Positions 48,268 to 58,436 of a DNA stretch of 64,000 bases are shown one piece after another; within the stretch, counting starts at the first letter, position 1, and the number at the start of each line of letters is the position of its first letter. A program made the position numbers and the translations under genes. The notes under the pieces were generated by a model, which did no database searches, was not told where the DNA came from, and was given only the letters and a program-made list of their open reading frames with translations. Source of the DNA: Arenicellales bacterium (GTDB lineage Bacteria > Pseudomonadota > Gammaproteobacteria > Arenicellales > UBA868); contig JBBWVW010000086.1 of assembly GCA_050256425.1 (NCBI GenBank), forward strand, positions 1,015-65,014. The letters run 5' to 3'.

Positions 48268-49125
48268 TCAATTAGCAGGGCACAGCCGCTGGGGGTCGGT
48301 ACCGCAGCGCTCGAGCATGAAGGGATGGCTGATCACCAGTGTGGCGCGGGACTTCTTTTTGGAGACCCAACCTCGCGCCACAATTGTAGCCTGGTCAAGT
48401 GCCCACGGCGAGTAACCAAAATAGGCCTGCCAGTCAGTGCGACGAACCAGAATCACGAACTTTTGGTCCAGGGAAAAGATGAACCATTTCTCACCGGACT
48501 CAATGCGTGACAAACGGCCATGGACAAACTGGTAACCGCCACGGACGCGATCAGGCGGATGGGGGGCGTAGTACGGCAATGCCCAGATGCCACGGTCAAA
48601 ACGGCGGGCGACATCTTCTGCCCAAATGAATCCCTCAAGATAACGATCATTGGGGGAGATCACCACTGCGCTGGCCAGTCCTTCACGCAGCAAGGCTGCC
48701 TGGATGCTGGAACCGTCAGGCGTGAACAGGTAGGCCAAGGTACGGCCGTGACGGTCTTTTGCCTGTGGCGCAGTCTCGACGCCAACCCAACCACTCGATA
48801 CCTGTGCCTGTAGCGCATCGCGCGCCTGAACAGCAAGCGGCTCGCCGGGACGGCTCTTGTAAGCCATCTCCGGGGTATTGATACCGGCAAGGCGGATAGT
48901 CTCGCCAGAGATCAAAGTCAGGGTATCGCCATCGATCACCCGAGCCACCTCGGCGATACGCACCGACTGGGGCAATACCGGCGTGCTGAAAAGGCAACAC
49001 AAAACCGCCACCACAACGGCGGGTGCTGCACAAGCGCAGTTTTTCAGATGAGCAAATACCCAAGTCGCAGCAGCAGCTGCCGGGCTGTCAAGCAGAGCGG
49101 CCGTACTTTTTCTGGAATTTACCAA
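48268..49125 (-). CDS. Thermonuclease (SNase) family protein; true start probably downstream of 49125
   Basis: [26 protein letters not shown] and RGIW. Confidence 0.85.
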   Translation of the reverse strand: MVNSRKSTAALLDSPAAAAATWVFAHLKNCACAAPAVVVAVLCCLFSTPVLPQSVRIAEVARVIDGDTLTLISGETIRLAGINTPEMAYKSRPGEPLAVQARDALQAQVSSGWVGVETAPQAKDRHGRTLAYLFTPDGSSIQAALLREGLASAVVISPNDRYLEGFIWAEDVARRFDRGIWALPYYAPHPPDRVRGGYQFVHGRLSRIESGEKWFIFSLDQKFVILVRRTDWQAYFGYSPWALDQATIVARGWVSKKKSRATLVISHPFMLERCGTDPQRLCPAN

Positions 49126-49294
49126 CGCGCCCGGCAGTGTCGATAATCTTCTGCTGGCCGGTATAAAACGGGTGGCAAGCTGAACAGATTTCCACGTGCA
49201 GTTCCTCGCCCAGCGTAGAGCGGGTCTCGAAACTATTGCCGCAGGCGCAGACCACTTTGATGGTCTCGTAGGCGGGATGTGTGTCTGGCTTCAT
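49088..49294 (-). CDS. rpmE: 50S ribosomal protein L31 (Zn-binding type)
   Basis: CACG...[20 protein letters not shown]. Confidence 0.96.
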   Translation of the reverse strand: MKPDTHPAYETIKVVCACGNSFETRSTLGEELHVEICSACHPFYTGQQKIIDTAGRVGKFQKKYGRSA

Positions 49295-49378
49295 GAGTGT
49301 TATATGGCTGCGGTCGGGGCCTAAGCCCCGGCGGGACGCGGATCATAGGCGAAACGCGCGGGTGTCGCAAGTTCAGAA

Positions 49379-50641
49379 TTAGCGGTTCATTGATTTGAAA
49401 AACTCAGCGTTGTTCTTGGTGGCCCGCAACTTGTCCAGCAGGAACTCGACGGCCTCGATATCGTCCATCGGGTGCAGCAGTTTGCGTAGTAACCAGATTT
49501 TCTGCAGTTCGGCCGGGTCGATGAGTAACTCCTCGCGGCGGGTCCCAGAGCGGCTTATCACCACCGACGGGTAGACGCGTTTTTCAGCAATACGACGATC
49601 AAGGTGGATTTCCAAATTGCCGGTACCCTTGAACTCCTCGTAGATAACGTCATCCATCTTGGAGCCGGTATCGATCAAGGCAGTGGCCAGGATCGTGAGG
49701 CTACCGCCTTCTTCGATATTGCGTGCAGCGCCAAAAAATCGCTTGGGCTTTTGCAGAGCATTGGCATCCACACCACCGGTCAACACCTTGCCCGATGCGG
49801 GCTGCACAGTGTTGTAGGCGCGCGCGAGGCGGGTGATCGAGTCAAGCAGGATGATCACATCTTTCTTGTGCTCCACCAGGCGCTTGGCTTTCTCGATAAC
49901 CATCTCGGCTACTTGGACGTGGCGCGTGGCAGGTTCATCAAAGGTTGAGGAAACCACCTCCCCGCGCACGGTGCGCCTCATTTCGGTGACTTCTTCCGGG
50001 CGTTCGTCGATCAGCAACACAATCAATGTGCTGTCAGGCTCGGTCGCGGTGATCGCATGGGCGATCTGCTGCAACATCACGGTCTTTCCCGTCTTCGGCG
50101 CCGAAACCAGCAGACCGCGCTGACCCTTACCTATGGGTGAGACGATATCGATCATTCGTCCGGTCAGGTCCTCCGAAGAACCGTTCTCCTGTTCCAGGCG
50201 TAGGCGCTCATCAGGATGCAACGGGGTCAGGTTTTCGAACAGAATCTTCTTCTTGGCTTCCTCAGGCAACTGAAAGTTGATGGTCTCGACCTTGAGCAGC
50301 GCGAAGTATCGTTCGGAATCCTTAGGGGGACGCACCAGGCCGGTAATCGTGTCACCGGTACGCAGGCCGAAACGGCGAATCTGGCTGGGAGAGACGTAGA
50401 CGTCATCCGGCCCAGCAAGGTATGAACTGCTGGCCGAGCGCAGGAAGCCAAAGCCATCCTGCAGGATTTCGACCACACCCTCGCCCTTGATCTTCTCGCC
50501 GCGCTTGGCCTGGGACTTGAGGATGGCAAAGATCTGGTCCTGCTTGCGCAAGCGGGTTACGTTTTCCAACTTGAGCGTGCGTGCGAATTCGGCCAGTTCC
50601 GTGGGGGTTTTTTCTTTTAGCTCGGACAGACTTAGGGACAT
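49379..50641 (-). CDS. rho: Transcription termination factor Rho
   Basis: DGFGFLR, GKGQRGL, APKTGKT and [10 protein letters not shown]. Confidence 0.98.
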   Translation of the reverse strand: MSLSLSELKEKTPTELAEFARTLKLENVTRLRKQDQIFAILKSQAKRGEKIKGEGVVEILQDGFGFLRSASSSYLAGPDDVYVSPSQIRRFGLRTGDTITGLVRPPKDSERYFALLKVETINFQLPEEAKKKILFENLTPLHPDERLRLEQENGSSEDLTGRMIDIVSPIGKGQRGLLVSAPKTGKTVMLQQIAHAITATEPDSTLIVLLIDERPEEVTEMRRTVRGEVVSSTFDEPATRHVQVAEMVIEKAKRLVEHKKDVIILLDSITRLARAYNTVQPASGKVLTGGVDANALQKPKRFFGAARNIEEGGSLTILATALIDTGSKMDDVIYEEFKGTGNLEIHLDRRIAEKRVYPSVVISRSGTRREELLIDPAELQKIWLLRKLLHPMDDIEAVEFLLDKLRATKNNAEFFKSMNR

Positions 50642-50869
50642 GGCTGTAGAGGTCTCGGTGGGTTTGGGAAATCGGCGTCCGGCGGACCACTGGGGCCCAA
50701 ACGGGTCACTTTGTGGCGGCTAAATGCTGGGAAACTTCTGAAAATAAAGGGGCGAGGACAGGGTGGGCTCTCAACCCGGGGTTAACGTTATCACTAAAAT
50801 GCCGGCCAGGTCCAGTCCGGGCCGGACGCCTTGGTGTGCGGCTGAGAGCTCGCAGCCGCTGGTTTGTGC

Positions 50870-51196
50870 TCAGATATTCTCATCCAGGAACTTCGCCAGG
50901 TCCTTCTTGGAGACAGCGCCCACTTTGGTCGCTTCGACCTCGCCGTTCTTGAATAACATCAGCGTGGGAATACCCCGGATACCATATTTCGGCGGCGTCG
51001 CCGGGTTGTCATCTATATTCAGTTTGGCAATCTGCACCTTGTCGGCGTACTCGTCGGCCAGTTCGGCCAGCACTGGCGCGATCATCTTGCAGGGTCCACA
51101 CCACTCGGCCCAATAATCAATCAGGACGGGCTTATCGGATTGCAAAACTTCCTGCTCAAAAGAATCATCGCTGACGTGAATAATATTTGCCGACAT
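50870..51196 (-). CDS. trxA: Thioredoxin
   Basis: WCGPCK and GIPTL; lies upstream of rho. Confidence 0.96.
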   Translation of the reverse strand: MSANIIHVSDDSFEQEVLQSDKPVLIDYWAEWCGPCKMIAPVLAELADEYADKVQIAKLNIDDNPATPPKYGIRGIPTLMLFKNGEVEATKVGAVSKKDLAKFLDENI

Positions 51197-51571
51197 TTTT
51201 TATTGACCTGGGTTTTCCCCCGAGGGGACATGAAAGGGGCGTGACTCTGTGACAATCAGGACGTGTGGTATACTGAATACTTCCCGTTACCACTTGGGAT
51301 TATTGTACCGGACAACGCAACCGACGGTTGTTATTTCTGCCCGGCACAGCAGTTTTACCAGAATTCCACTCAAAGAATCAAGGACCAATTATCTATCCGC
51401 GGGAGGCTTCGCTTGCTCCTGCATTAAACCCGCGACCCGCCCAGGCCGTCCAGAAGACCATGTCAGCTGTTTCGCGTGACTGATATTCCCGGCCTTTTTA
51501 TATTCATAATCCTGCAATCACGCTGGTCATAACAGCAACCACACGATACCCCAATCACGCTATAAAACCCT

Positions 51572-53029
51572 ATGGAAGATACCAGTTACCTCACCAAAAC
51601 CCGCTTTACCGAATTTGCGTTAGAGCCCCAGCTGCTCGAAGGCCTGGCTGATGCCGGCTTTGAGTACTGCACCAAGATTCAGGCGCAGTCCTTGCCAGTG
51701 GCACTGGCCGGCCAGGATGTCGCTGGCCAGGCCCAAACTGGCACTGGCAAGACCGCCGCTTTTCTACTCGCCATTTTTAACTACCTGCTGACCCATCCCC
51801 GTCCGGAATCTGCGGGACCGCTCAGCACTCGTGCCGTGGTGCTCGCGCCGACACGGGAACTGGCGATACAGATTCACCGTGATGCCCAGATACTGGGAAG
51901 AGCCACCGGCCTGAAACTGGGGCTGGTATACGGTGGCACAGGCTATCAAGAACAGCGCGAGACCCTGGCCGCCGGCGTGGACGTGCTGATTGGCACGCCG
52001 GGGCGATTGATCGATTACTTCAAACAGCAAGTCTTTGATCTCAACGCAGTACAGGTTCTGGTGCTCGATGAAGCGGACCGCATGTTTGATCTGGGTTTTA
52101 TCAAAGACATCCGCTACGTACTGAGACGGATGCCGCCGCCCACTGAGCGACTGAATCTACTGTTCTCGGCCACGCTCTCACACCGAGTGAATGAGTTGGG
52201 CTACGAACACATGAACAATCCCGAGGAGATCAAGATCGACGCCGACGCGATCGTCGCCGACCGGCTGCTTGAGGAAGTCTACTACCCTGCCAACACCGAG
52301 AAACTGCCCTTATTGCTGGGGCTGATGCGCCAGACCGCCGGTGACCGGGTTCTGGTTTTCTCCAATATGCGGGTCACCTGTGACCGGCTGGGCCGGACGC
52401 TCAAACAACAGGGCTATACCGCGGGCGTGTTATCTGGTGACGTTCCACAACTAAAACGCGAACAATTGCTTAATGCCTTTAAGGAGGGCAAGCGGCAGGT
52501 GCTCGTAGCGACTGATGTTGCCGCACGTGGTCTGCACATCCCCAGCGTGAGCCATGTAATTAACTATGACCTGCCACAGGATCCCGAGGATTACGTGCAC
52601 CGCGTCGGCCGCACCGCCCGGGTGGGTGCCAGCGGGCACGCCATCAGTTTTGCCTGTGAGGACCATGCCTTCTCACTGCTCGATATCGAACAGTACATTG
52701 GCCATCCGCTGGCGCGCCAGGAAATTACCGAGGCAGTGCTTGAGCGGCCGGCATCGCGCAGCCAGTCAAGCTCTGACAAGCCGCGCAAATCATCTGCCCA
52801 CGAACGTACACCCAAACGCGACGAAAAAGCCAGTGCCCGCCCGCCACGACGCGAGCGCGCCTCCCAGCCCAGCCGAAACACAACCGATAAGCCACGGCCC
52901 GAGGCAAAACCGGCTACTGCCCTCCCAGTCGCACCGGCGCCGATACCAGCCGCGGCAAAACCTGAGGTCGCGCGAAGAGTTCAATCATCGCGCCATCGGT
53001 CCAAGGTAGAGATTCCTGCTATCGGCTGA
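51572..53029 (+). CDS. rhlB: DEAD-box RNA helicase RhlB
   Basis: AQTGTGKT, DEADRMFDLGF, SAT and HRVGRTAR; divergent from trxA-rho. Confidence 0.9.
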   Translation: MEDTSYLTKTRFTEFALEPQLLEGLADAGFEYCTKIQAQSLPVALAGQDVAGQAQTGTGKTAAFLLAIFNYLLTHPRPESAGPLSTRAVVLAPTRELAIQIHRDAQILGRATGLKLGLVYGGTGYQEQRETLAAGVDVLIGTPGRLIDYFKQQVFDLNAVQVLVLDEADRMFDLGFIKDIRYVLRRMPPPTERLNLLFSATLSHRVNELGYEHMNNPEEIKIDADAIVADRLLEEVYYPANTEKLPLLLGLMRQTAGDRVLVFSNMRVTCDRLGRTLKQQGYTAGVLSGDVPQLKREQLLNAFKEGKRQVLVATDVAARGLHIPSVSHVINYDLPQDPEDYVHRVGRTARVGASGHAISFACEDHAFSLLDIEQYIGHPLARQEITEAVLERPASRSQSSSDKPRKSSAHERTPKRDEKASARPPRRERASQPSRNTTDKPRPEAKPATALPVAPAPIPAAAKPEVARRVQSSRHRSKVEIPAIG

Positions 53030-53053
53030 TCAACTGCTACGGTCTGCAGCGCA

Positions 53054-53809
53054 ATGACCCCACAAAATCATTTTCCGAAGACGCAACAGGCTGTCACGGA
53101 TGGATCATCCGGACTGCGGCGCTATCAGGATGTAATGGTTGGATCACGCAAACTGCTCACCACGTTGTACTTCGAGTGGTGTTCCTGGCTATCGCCGATA
53201 CCTGGCGCTATTGGACTCTTCCTGAGACAGCTGTTCTGGCCAAAGCTGTTCGGCCGTTGCGGGAAAGGTGTCATGTTTGGCGCCAACATGATCTTGCGCC
53301 ATCCCGGTCGGGTGATCATCGGTGATAACGCTGTATTGAGCGAAGGCGTACTGCTCGACGCGCGACATTCGACAGAGTCTGCTGTGATCAGTATAGGCAA
53401 TGACGTGATCCTGGCTAACAACGTTATGATTTCGTGCAAGGAAGGCACCGTGCAGATTGGCGATCGAACAGGTATCGGCGCATACACCATCATCCAGTCG
53501 GCGCAGCAATGTCCAGTCGCCATCGGTGATGACGCAATCCTGGGGCCACGTTGCTACCTGGTCGGGGGCGGCAACTACAACATAGACCGTTTGGATATTC
53601 CCATTGCCCAGCAGGGTATTCGCCCCGATGGCGGCTGCACGATTGGTAACGATGTCTGGCTGGGCGCCAATGTTTCAGTTCTTGACGGGGTCACCATCGG
53701 AGATGGAAGCGTGGGTGCCGCGGGTGGGGTCATTACGCGAACGGTAACGCCTGGCGCAATCGTCGGCGGGGTACCCGCGCGCGTGCTTGGGCGGCGCGGC
53801 AACAACTGA
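53054..53809 (+). CDS. Hexapeptide-repeat acyltransferase
   Basis: Left-handed beta-helix repeats, IGNDVWLGANV and GVPARV. Confidence 0.88.
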   Translation: MTPQNHFPKTQQAVTDGSSGLRRYQDVMVGSRKLLTTLYFEWCSWLSPIPGAIGLFLRQLFWPKLFGRCGKGVMFGANMILRHPGRVIIGDNAVLSEGVLLDARHSTESAVISIGNDVILANNVMISCKEGTVQIGDRTGIGAYTIIQSAQQCPVAIGDDAILGPRCYLVGGGNYNIDRLDIPIAQQGIRPDGGCTIGNDVWLGANVSVLDGVTIGDGSVGAAGGVITRTVTPGAIVGGVPARVLGRRGNN

Positions 53810-53832
53810 ACGCGCTACTCAAAGACCGGGGC

Positions 53833-54777
53833 ATGTCCCAGAAAAATCTGCCTATCCTGGCGTTAAAACTGCTGCTGTCCGGCGGGCTGATTCTCTGGAT
53901 AACACGCGATGTCGCGCTCGACTCGGTATTCGCAGTTATTGAGTCGGCCAATCTTGCGCTACTTGGGCTCGCGTTTAGCCTGTTTTTTGTCGGCTACATC
54001 ATCAGCGCTTTTCGTTGGCGCACCCTGATACGTGCCCAGGGCGGGAATGCACCGATCCTGTACCTGATACGCTCTTTCATGGTCGCGCTCTTTTTCAACA
54101 ATTTTCTGCCATCCACCGTCGGTGGTGACGTCGTACGCATGTACGACTCGTGGCGGGTGGGCGGCAGCAAATCCGACGCTGTTGCCGTGGTACTGGTGGA
54201 TCGTTTTCTGGGGGTACTGGTATTGCTGTGCTTTGCCCTGATAGCGCTAACTCTGGACCAGGCAGTGGTTGGCCAGATCCCGCTTATCGGCTGGTGGGTT
54301 GCTGCCGGCATCGGTGGAGCTGTGTTACTGGCCTGGCTGGCACTGAACATACCGGCAGCACGAATTGACACGCTGGCAACCACCTCTGGGGGGTTGGCCA
54401 AAATCATTGCGAGTGCGCTGACGAAAATCCTGGGTTCGTTCCAGGTCTACCGATCAGCAAGCTCAGCGATCCTACGCGCCTTTGTATTGTCTGTGCTACT
54501 ACAGATCAACGTGGTTGTGCACTTTGTTCTGATCGCACGGGGAGTAGGTATCATGGTGCCAGTGGAGTCAATGTTCCTGATCGTCCCGGTTGCGATATTC
54601 GTTATGATGCTGCCGCTATCGATCAATGCGATCGGGGTACGCGAGGCTATTTTTGTTTTTTTCTTCTCACTTTACGGCGTACCGGATTTCCAAGCCCTGG
54701 CCCTGGCGTGGGTCTCGTACGGCTTTACCCTGACACAAGGCGTCCTCGGCGGAATCGTATTCGCCATGCGCCGATAA
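53833..54777 (+). CDS. Lysylphosphatidylglycerol synthase TM-domain (UPF0104 flippase-like) protein
   Basis: RW..LI, FFNNFLPSTVGGDVVR, DRFLG and PLSINAIGVRE. Confidence 0.85.
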   Translation: MSQKNLPILALKLLLSGGLILWITRDVALDSVFAVIESANLALLGLAFSLFFVGYIISAFRWRTLIRAQGGNAPILYLIRSFMVALFFNNFLPSTVGGDVVRMYDSWRVGGSKSDAVAVVLVDRFLGVLVLLCFALIALTLDQAVVGQIPLIGWWVAAGIGGAVLLAWLALNIPAARIDTLATTSGGLAKIIASALTKILGSFQVYRSASSAILRAFVLSVLLQINVVVHFVLIARGVGIMVPVESMFLIVPVAIFVMMLPLSINAIGVREAIFVFFFSLYGVPDFQALALAWVSYGFTLTQGVLGGIVFAMRR

Positions 54778-54801
54778 CCACAGTCACAAAGAAGGCTGTG
54801 C

Positions 54802-55791
54802 TCAGCCTCGTTTTATCGCCGCTATGGTAAAGCAGTTGAATCGCAGGCCAAATGGAATCCAGATGAGTTGCGATAGCCACATCGACAAAGGACCCGGGCG
54901 GGGAAACTGGCGGATGACTTCATCCTTATTGAAAAACTGCTTGGACAAGCCATCCATACCATCAGCCACCAGGCGCATGACCGGGAATCCGCTAAAAGTC
55001 GAGCGAAAAGTCGCGTACTCGGGCAGCGAGAAGGCGTAGAAATAATCCCGAACCCGCAATGGCGCAAATGCCCCCTTGTACTCGAGGTTGTTTTCATCAA
55101 ACCAGCGCAATACTTCCTGCGCGGTATGCAGTGATTCGTGCGGGAAACCGAAAATATCGTAACCGATTTGGCGGGTGTTCAACCCATGGTAACGCTTATC
55201 CAGTTTGCGCAATGTGCCACCAAAAAGCTTCTCACCCCACTCTACCCGCTTGTCGATATCTGCACCACCAAGCAGTCGGCAGATCTGCTGTTTGGTGCGC
55301 AGGATGCGTCGGCTGTATTGGCTGTACAGGCTGACGATGACTACGCCTCCCGGCCGCGTAATCCTCGCCAGGTGGCGAAAGCCACGCAACGGATCACCGG
55401 TATGGTGCAGGACGCCTACCGAATAACTGTAGTCAAAATAATTGTCAGGTAACTCGCAGTTAAGGATATCCATCTTGGTGAAATCGACATGATTCGCGTC
55501 CATCTCCTCTTTTCGCTCGCGCGCAATAGCGAGCGAGCCATCAGAAAGGTCGATACCAGTTACACTGGCCGCCCCATTCTTGGCGTACCACAGAGCGTAC
55601 TCACCGGTGCCGCAGCCCATATCGAGCACCTTTTTCCCCTGATAATCCTCCGGCGCTATCCCCAGGCATTTAAGGCGCCAGCCCATCTCCTCGTCGGTAC
55701 GCCGGTTCAACGGCCATGGGTTCTCCGAGTACATGCCGACAACGGTTTCCTGGATTTTCTGGATCTCGGGCGACAGTTCCTGGGTAGGCAT
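54802..55791 (-). CDS. Class I SAM-dependent methyltransferase
   Basis: VLDMGCGTG, GIDLS and GVLHHT. Confidence 0.88.
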   Translation of the reverse strand: MPTQELSPEIQKIQETVVGMYSENPWPLNRRTDEEMGWRLKCLGIAPEDYQGKKVLDMGCGTGEYALWYAKNGAASVTGIDLSDGSLAIARERKEEMDANHVDFTKMDILNCELPDNYFDYSYSVGVLHHTGDPLRGFRHLARITRPGGVVIVSLYSQYSRRILRTKQQICRLLGGADIDKRVEWGEKLFGGTLRKLDKRYHGLNTRQIGYDIFGFPHESLHTAQEVLRWFDENNLEYKGAFAPLRVRDYFYAFSLPEYATFRSTFSGFPVMRLVADGMDGLSKQFFNKDEVIRQFPRPGPLSMWLSQLIWIPFGLRFNCFTIAAIKRG

Positions 55792-56086
55792 ATCTACTCC
55801 TGGCTAAATGCGGTTATCTGTAACTCATAGTACGATCGCCGCCTTCCGACCAGATCTTCGGCCACTCTGACAGGCAACATCAGGATGGTGTTGCGAATCA
55901 GGCAGGGGCTTTGCGCGACGGGCGGCGCGATTATACAGCCCAAAAGCTTTACCCTGAGACATTCTTGGAATAGTTTACCTTCGCCAAAGCCAGCCGTTAC
56001 ACTTGAAAACAGGCCTAAATCTGACTATGGTCTGCCTCCCGGCGGGTATGCCGCGGGTGGCCCTTAGCGCGTTACGTTAAACCAAG

Positions 56087-58390
56087 ATGCTTGAAAAATT
56101 TATCCGTTTTACCGCAGTTGCGGTACTTGCCTTCGCCACAACCGGTGCCGGAGCAGCGCCGGATATCGCATCGGGAGAATACTTCAACCAGCCCTACCTC
56201 GCCGGCATCAAGGTCGTGCCAGCATGGAACGCTGGACTGCTCGGTGCTGGTTTCATTATCGCTGATCTGGACTCAGGCGTTCGCGCCACCCATGTTGATC
56301 TGCTCGGGCGAATCGCGGCGGGCGGTTATGATTTTGTTAACGACGACGATGATCCGGACGATGACGAGGACTCCATTACCGATGGCCATGGCACCGCTTC
56401 GGCCGGTGTCATTGTCGGCAACTGGAACGGTGTGGGGATAGGCGGTATTGCCCCCAGCGCCCAAATTCTGCCGGTTAAAATCGCCGATGACAAAAATCAA
56501 AGCAGTGGCGATCTCATCCGCAAGGGATTCGACTTCGTAGCAGGAAAACCCGGTGTCAGGATCATCCTGCTTGAAGCCGTGAAGACCTCATTGAGTGCTG
56601 CGGAGTTCGCCTCGCTGCAATCGGCAGTCGCGAGCGGTAAGCTGGTAATAGCCCCTTCGGGTAATGGCGGCCAAGCAAGCCCGTACAGTCCTAGCAATAA
56701 ATTCGCGACACTGGGCGGGGGGGCGCTGGTGGTGGGCTCGCACAACGGTGCCAACCTTTCTACTTTCAGCAACGGTGCGGCAGGGGTTGAAAATAATTTC
56801 CTCACGGCGCCCGGCGAAAATGTCGTCGTTGCCGGTAATCGAGCTGACGATTTTTATTTTCGCGTTGACGGCACATCGATGGCCGCACCACAGGTTGCCG
56901 CGGCAGCAGCGCTCATCTGGGCGTATTCACCCGGGCTCACCGCAGCCCAGGTGGCCAGTATTCTGAAACAAACAGCAACCGATCTGGGCACACCCGGTGT
57001 CGACAGCGTCACGGGCGCGGGGGCATTGAATATCGAAGCAGCATTGGCACCGATTGGCATCATCATCGCGCCTGTTGAAGATGAAGAGGATTCTGAAGAA
57101 AGCGAAGACGACGAGTCGAGCGACGAGAACGGTGAATCTGACTCAGATGACGCGGACTCCGAGGGATCAGGTAGCGGCGGGTCGAGCGGATCAGGCGCCG
57201 GTGTCGCGCTCGCGGCGCTGGTCGTGGGGGGCGTGGGCTATGCGCTGCTTGGCAACAACTCAGATCTGGAAGAGACACTGGTGCTCGACGAATACGGGCG
57301 AACCTATGAGCTGGATCTGGAGACCCGTATCACCATCCGCGACCCCGGACCCTCAGCACAGTCTGTGTTGAAGGACTTAAATACCGAGCAAGTCAATGAG
57401 ACGCTCATTCAGCGCAGCGACCTGCAGATGACCGTAAGCTACACCACCAACTCGGCAGATGCCTTGTGGCTGGTAGGCTCAGATGATGCTATGGACGCAG
57501 AACGTCCCGTACACATGAGCATGTCCGCAATCCACAGCGATGGCACCCGCTATGCCTTCGGCGTTAACAAATCCCTCACGGGTTTTCATAACAGCTTATC
57601 AGGGCAAACGGATACGTCTGGCCTCGTCAGTGCATTCCAGACCGATGCGTTCTCTGCTCCGCTCGCTGGGTTCACAGATATGGGCTACCACGGGGCCGTG
57701 GGTTTTGTCTCCACTATGGGCTGGCAGGGGGGACTGTCTTTCGCCTTTACTGATGATCAGCGCCGATATGGACTCAAGAGCGACGGCTCCGCTGTCCACG
57801 CCGGCTTCCGGCACGGCCGCTGGGGGATCGGGTTGCGGCTTGGGCTGCTTGAAGAAGATGGCAACCTGCTGGGTGGCGCGTCGGGCGGAGCCCTCAGCGT
57901 ATCGCATGCCCGGACGGTTTCCGGGGTATTACGCGGCCACCTGGATTTTGGCCACAAATGGTCAGTAGTGGGCAAGTATACCGAGGGGCTGACCTGGGTT
58001 GATGACTATAGTGCGAGCCTGGTGCGTGATTTCAGCGAGATTCAAAGTAACAGTTGGGGGTTCGGTTTGGTTGGGCGTGATCTGTTTAGCGCAGGTGATG
58101 CCTTTGGCGCCGCCTGGTCCCAACCACTGCGTACTCGTGACGGTGATGCCCGAGTCAGCGTACCGTACTGGAACAGTGCACTTGGGGGCATCGATTTCAA
58201 GGTCGCCCGCACCAGCCTGGTACCCGACGGAATCGAGCAGACTTTTGAGCTGTTTTACCGCAAACCGCTCGGCTCACGCGCGCGCCTGATTACCTATCTG
58301 GTGCATCGCGAACAGCCCCTACATCGACGTGGCAGCGGCGGACGTACCAGCCTGGTCGGTGCATGGCAGATTGATTTCTCCTCTGACTGA
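56087..58390 (+). CDS. Secreted S8 (subtilisin-like) peptidase with acidic linker and C-terminal beta-rich domain
   Basis: Signal peptide; triad motifs DLDSG, HGTASA and GTSMAAP; alternating aromatic beta-strand C-terminus. Confidence 0.85.
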   Translation: MLEKFIRFTAVAVLAFATTGAGAAPDIASGEYFNQPYLAGIKVVPAWNAGLLGAGFIIADLDSGVRATHVDLLGRIAAGGYDFVNDDDDPDDDEDSITDGHGTASAGVIVGNWNGVGIGGIAPSAQILPVKIADDKNQSSGDLIRKGFDFVAGKPGVRIILLEAVKTSLSAAEFASLQSAVASGKLVIAPSGNGGQASPYSPSNKFATLGGGALVVGSHNGANLSTFSNGAAGVENNFLTAPGENVVVAGNRADDFYFRVDGTSMAAPQVAAAAALIWAYSPGLTAAQVASILKQTATDLGTPGVDSVTGAGALNIEAALAPIGIIIAPVEDEEDSEESEDDESSDENGESDSDDADSEGSGSGGSSGSGAGVALAALVVGGVGYALLGNNSDLEETLVLDEYGRTYELDLETRITIRDPGPSAQSVLKDLNTEQVNETLIQRSDLQMTVSYTTNSADALWLVGSDDAMDAERPVHMSMSAIHSDGTRYAFGVNKSLTGFHNSLSGQTDTSGLVSAFQTDAFSAPLAGFTDMGYHGAVGFVSTMGWQGGLSFAFTDDQRRYGLKSDGSAVHAGFRHGRWGIGLRLGLLEEDGNLLGGASGGALSVSHARTVSGVLRGHLDFGHKWSVVGKYTEGLTWVDDYSASLVRDFSEIQSNSWGFGLVGRDLFSAGDAFGAAWSQPLRTRDGDARVSVPYWNSALGGIDFKVARTSLVPDGIEQTFELFYRKPLGSRARLITYLVHREQPLHRRGSGGRTSLVGAWQIDFSSD

Positions 58391-58436
58391 CACTGCCGGC
58401 GACTTGTTGTTACCCTAGCGATTAAGTCGGCCAATC

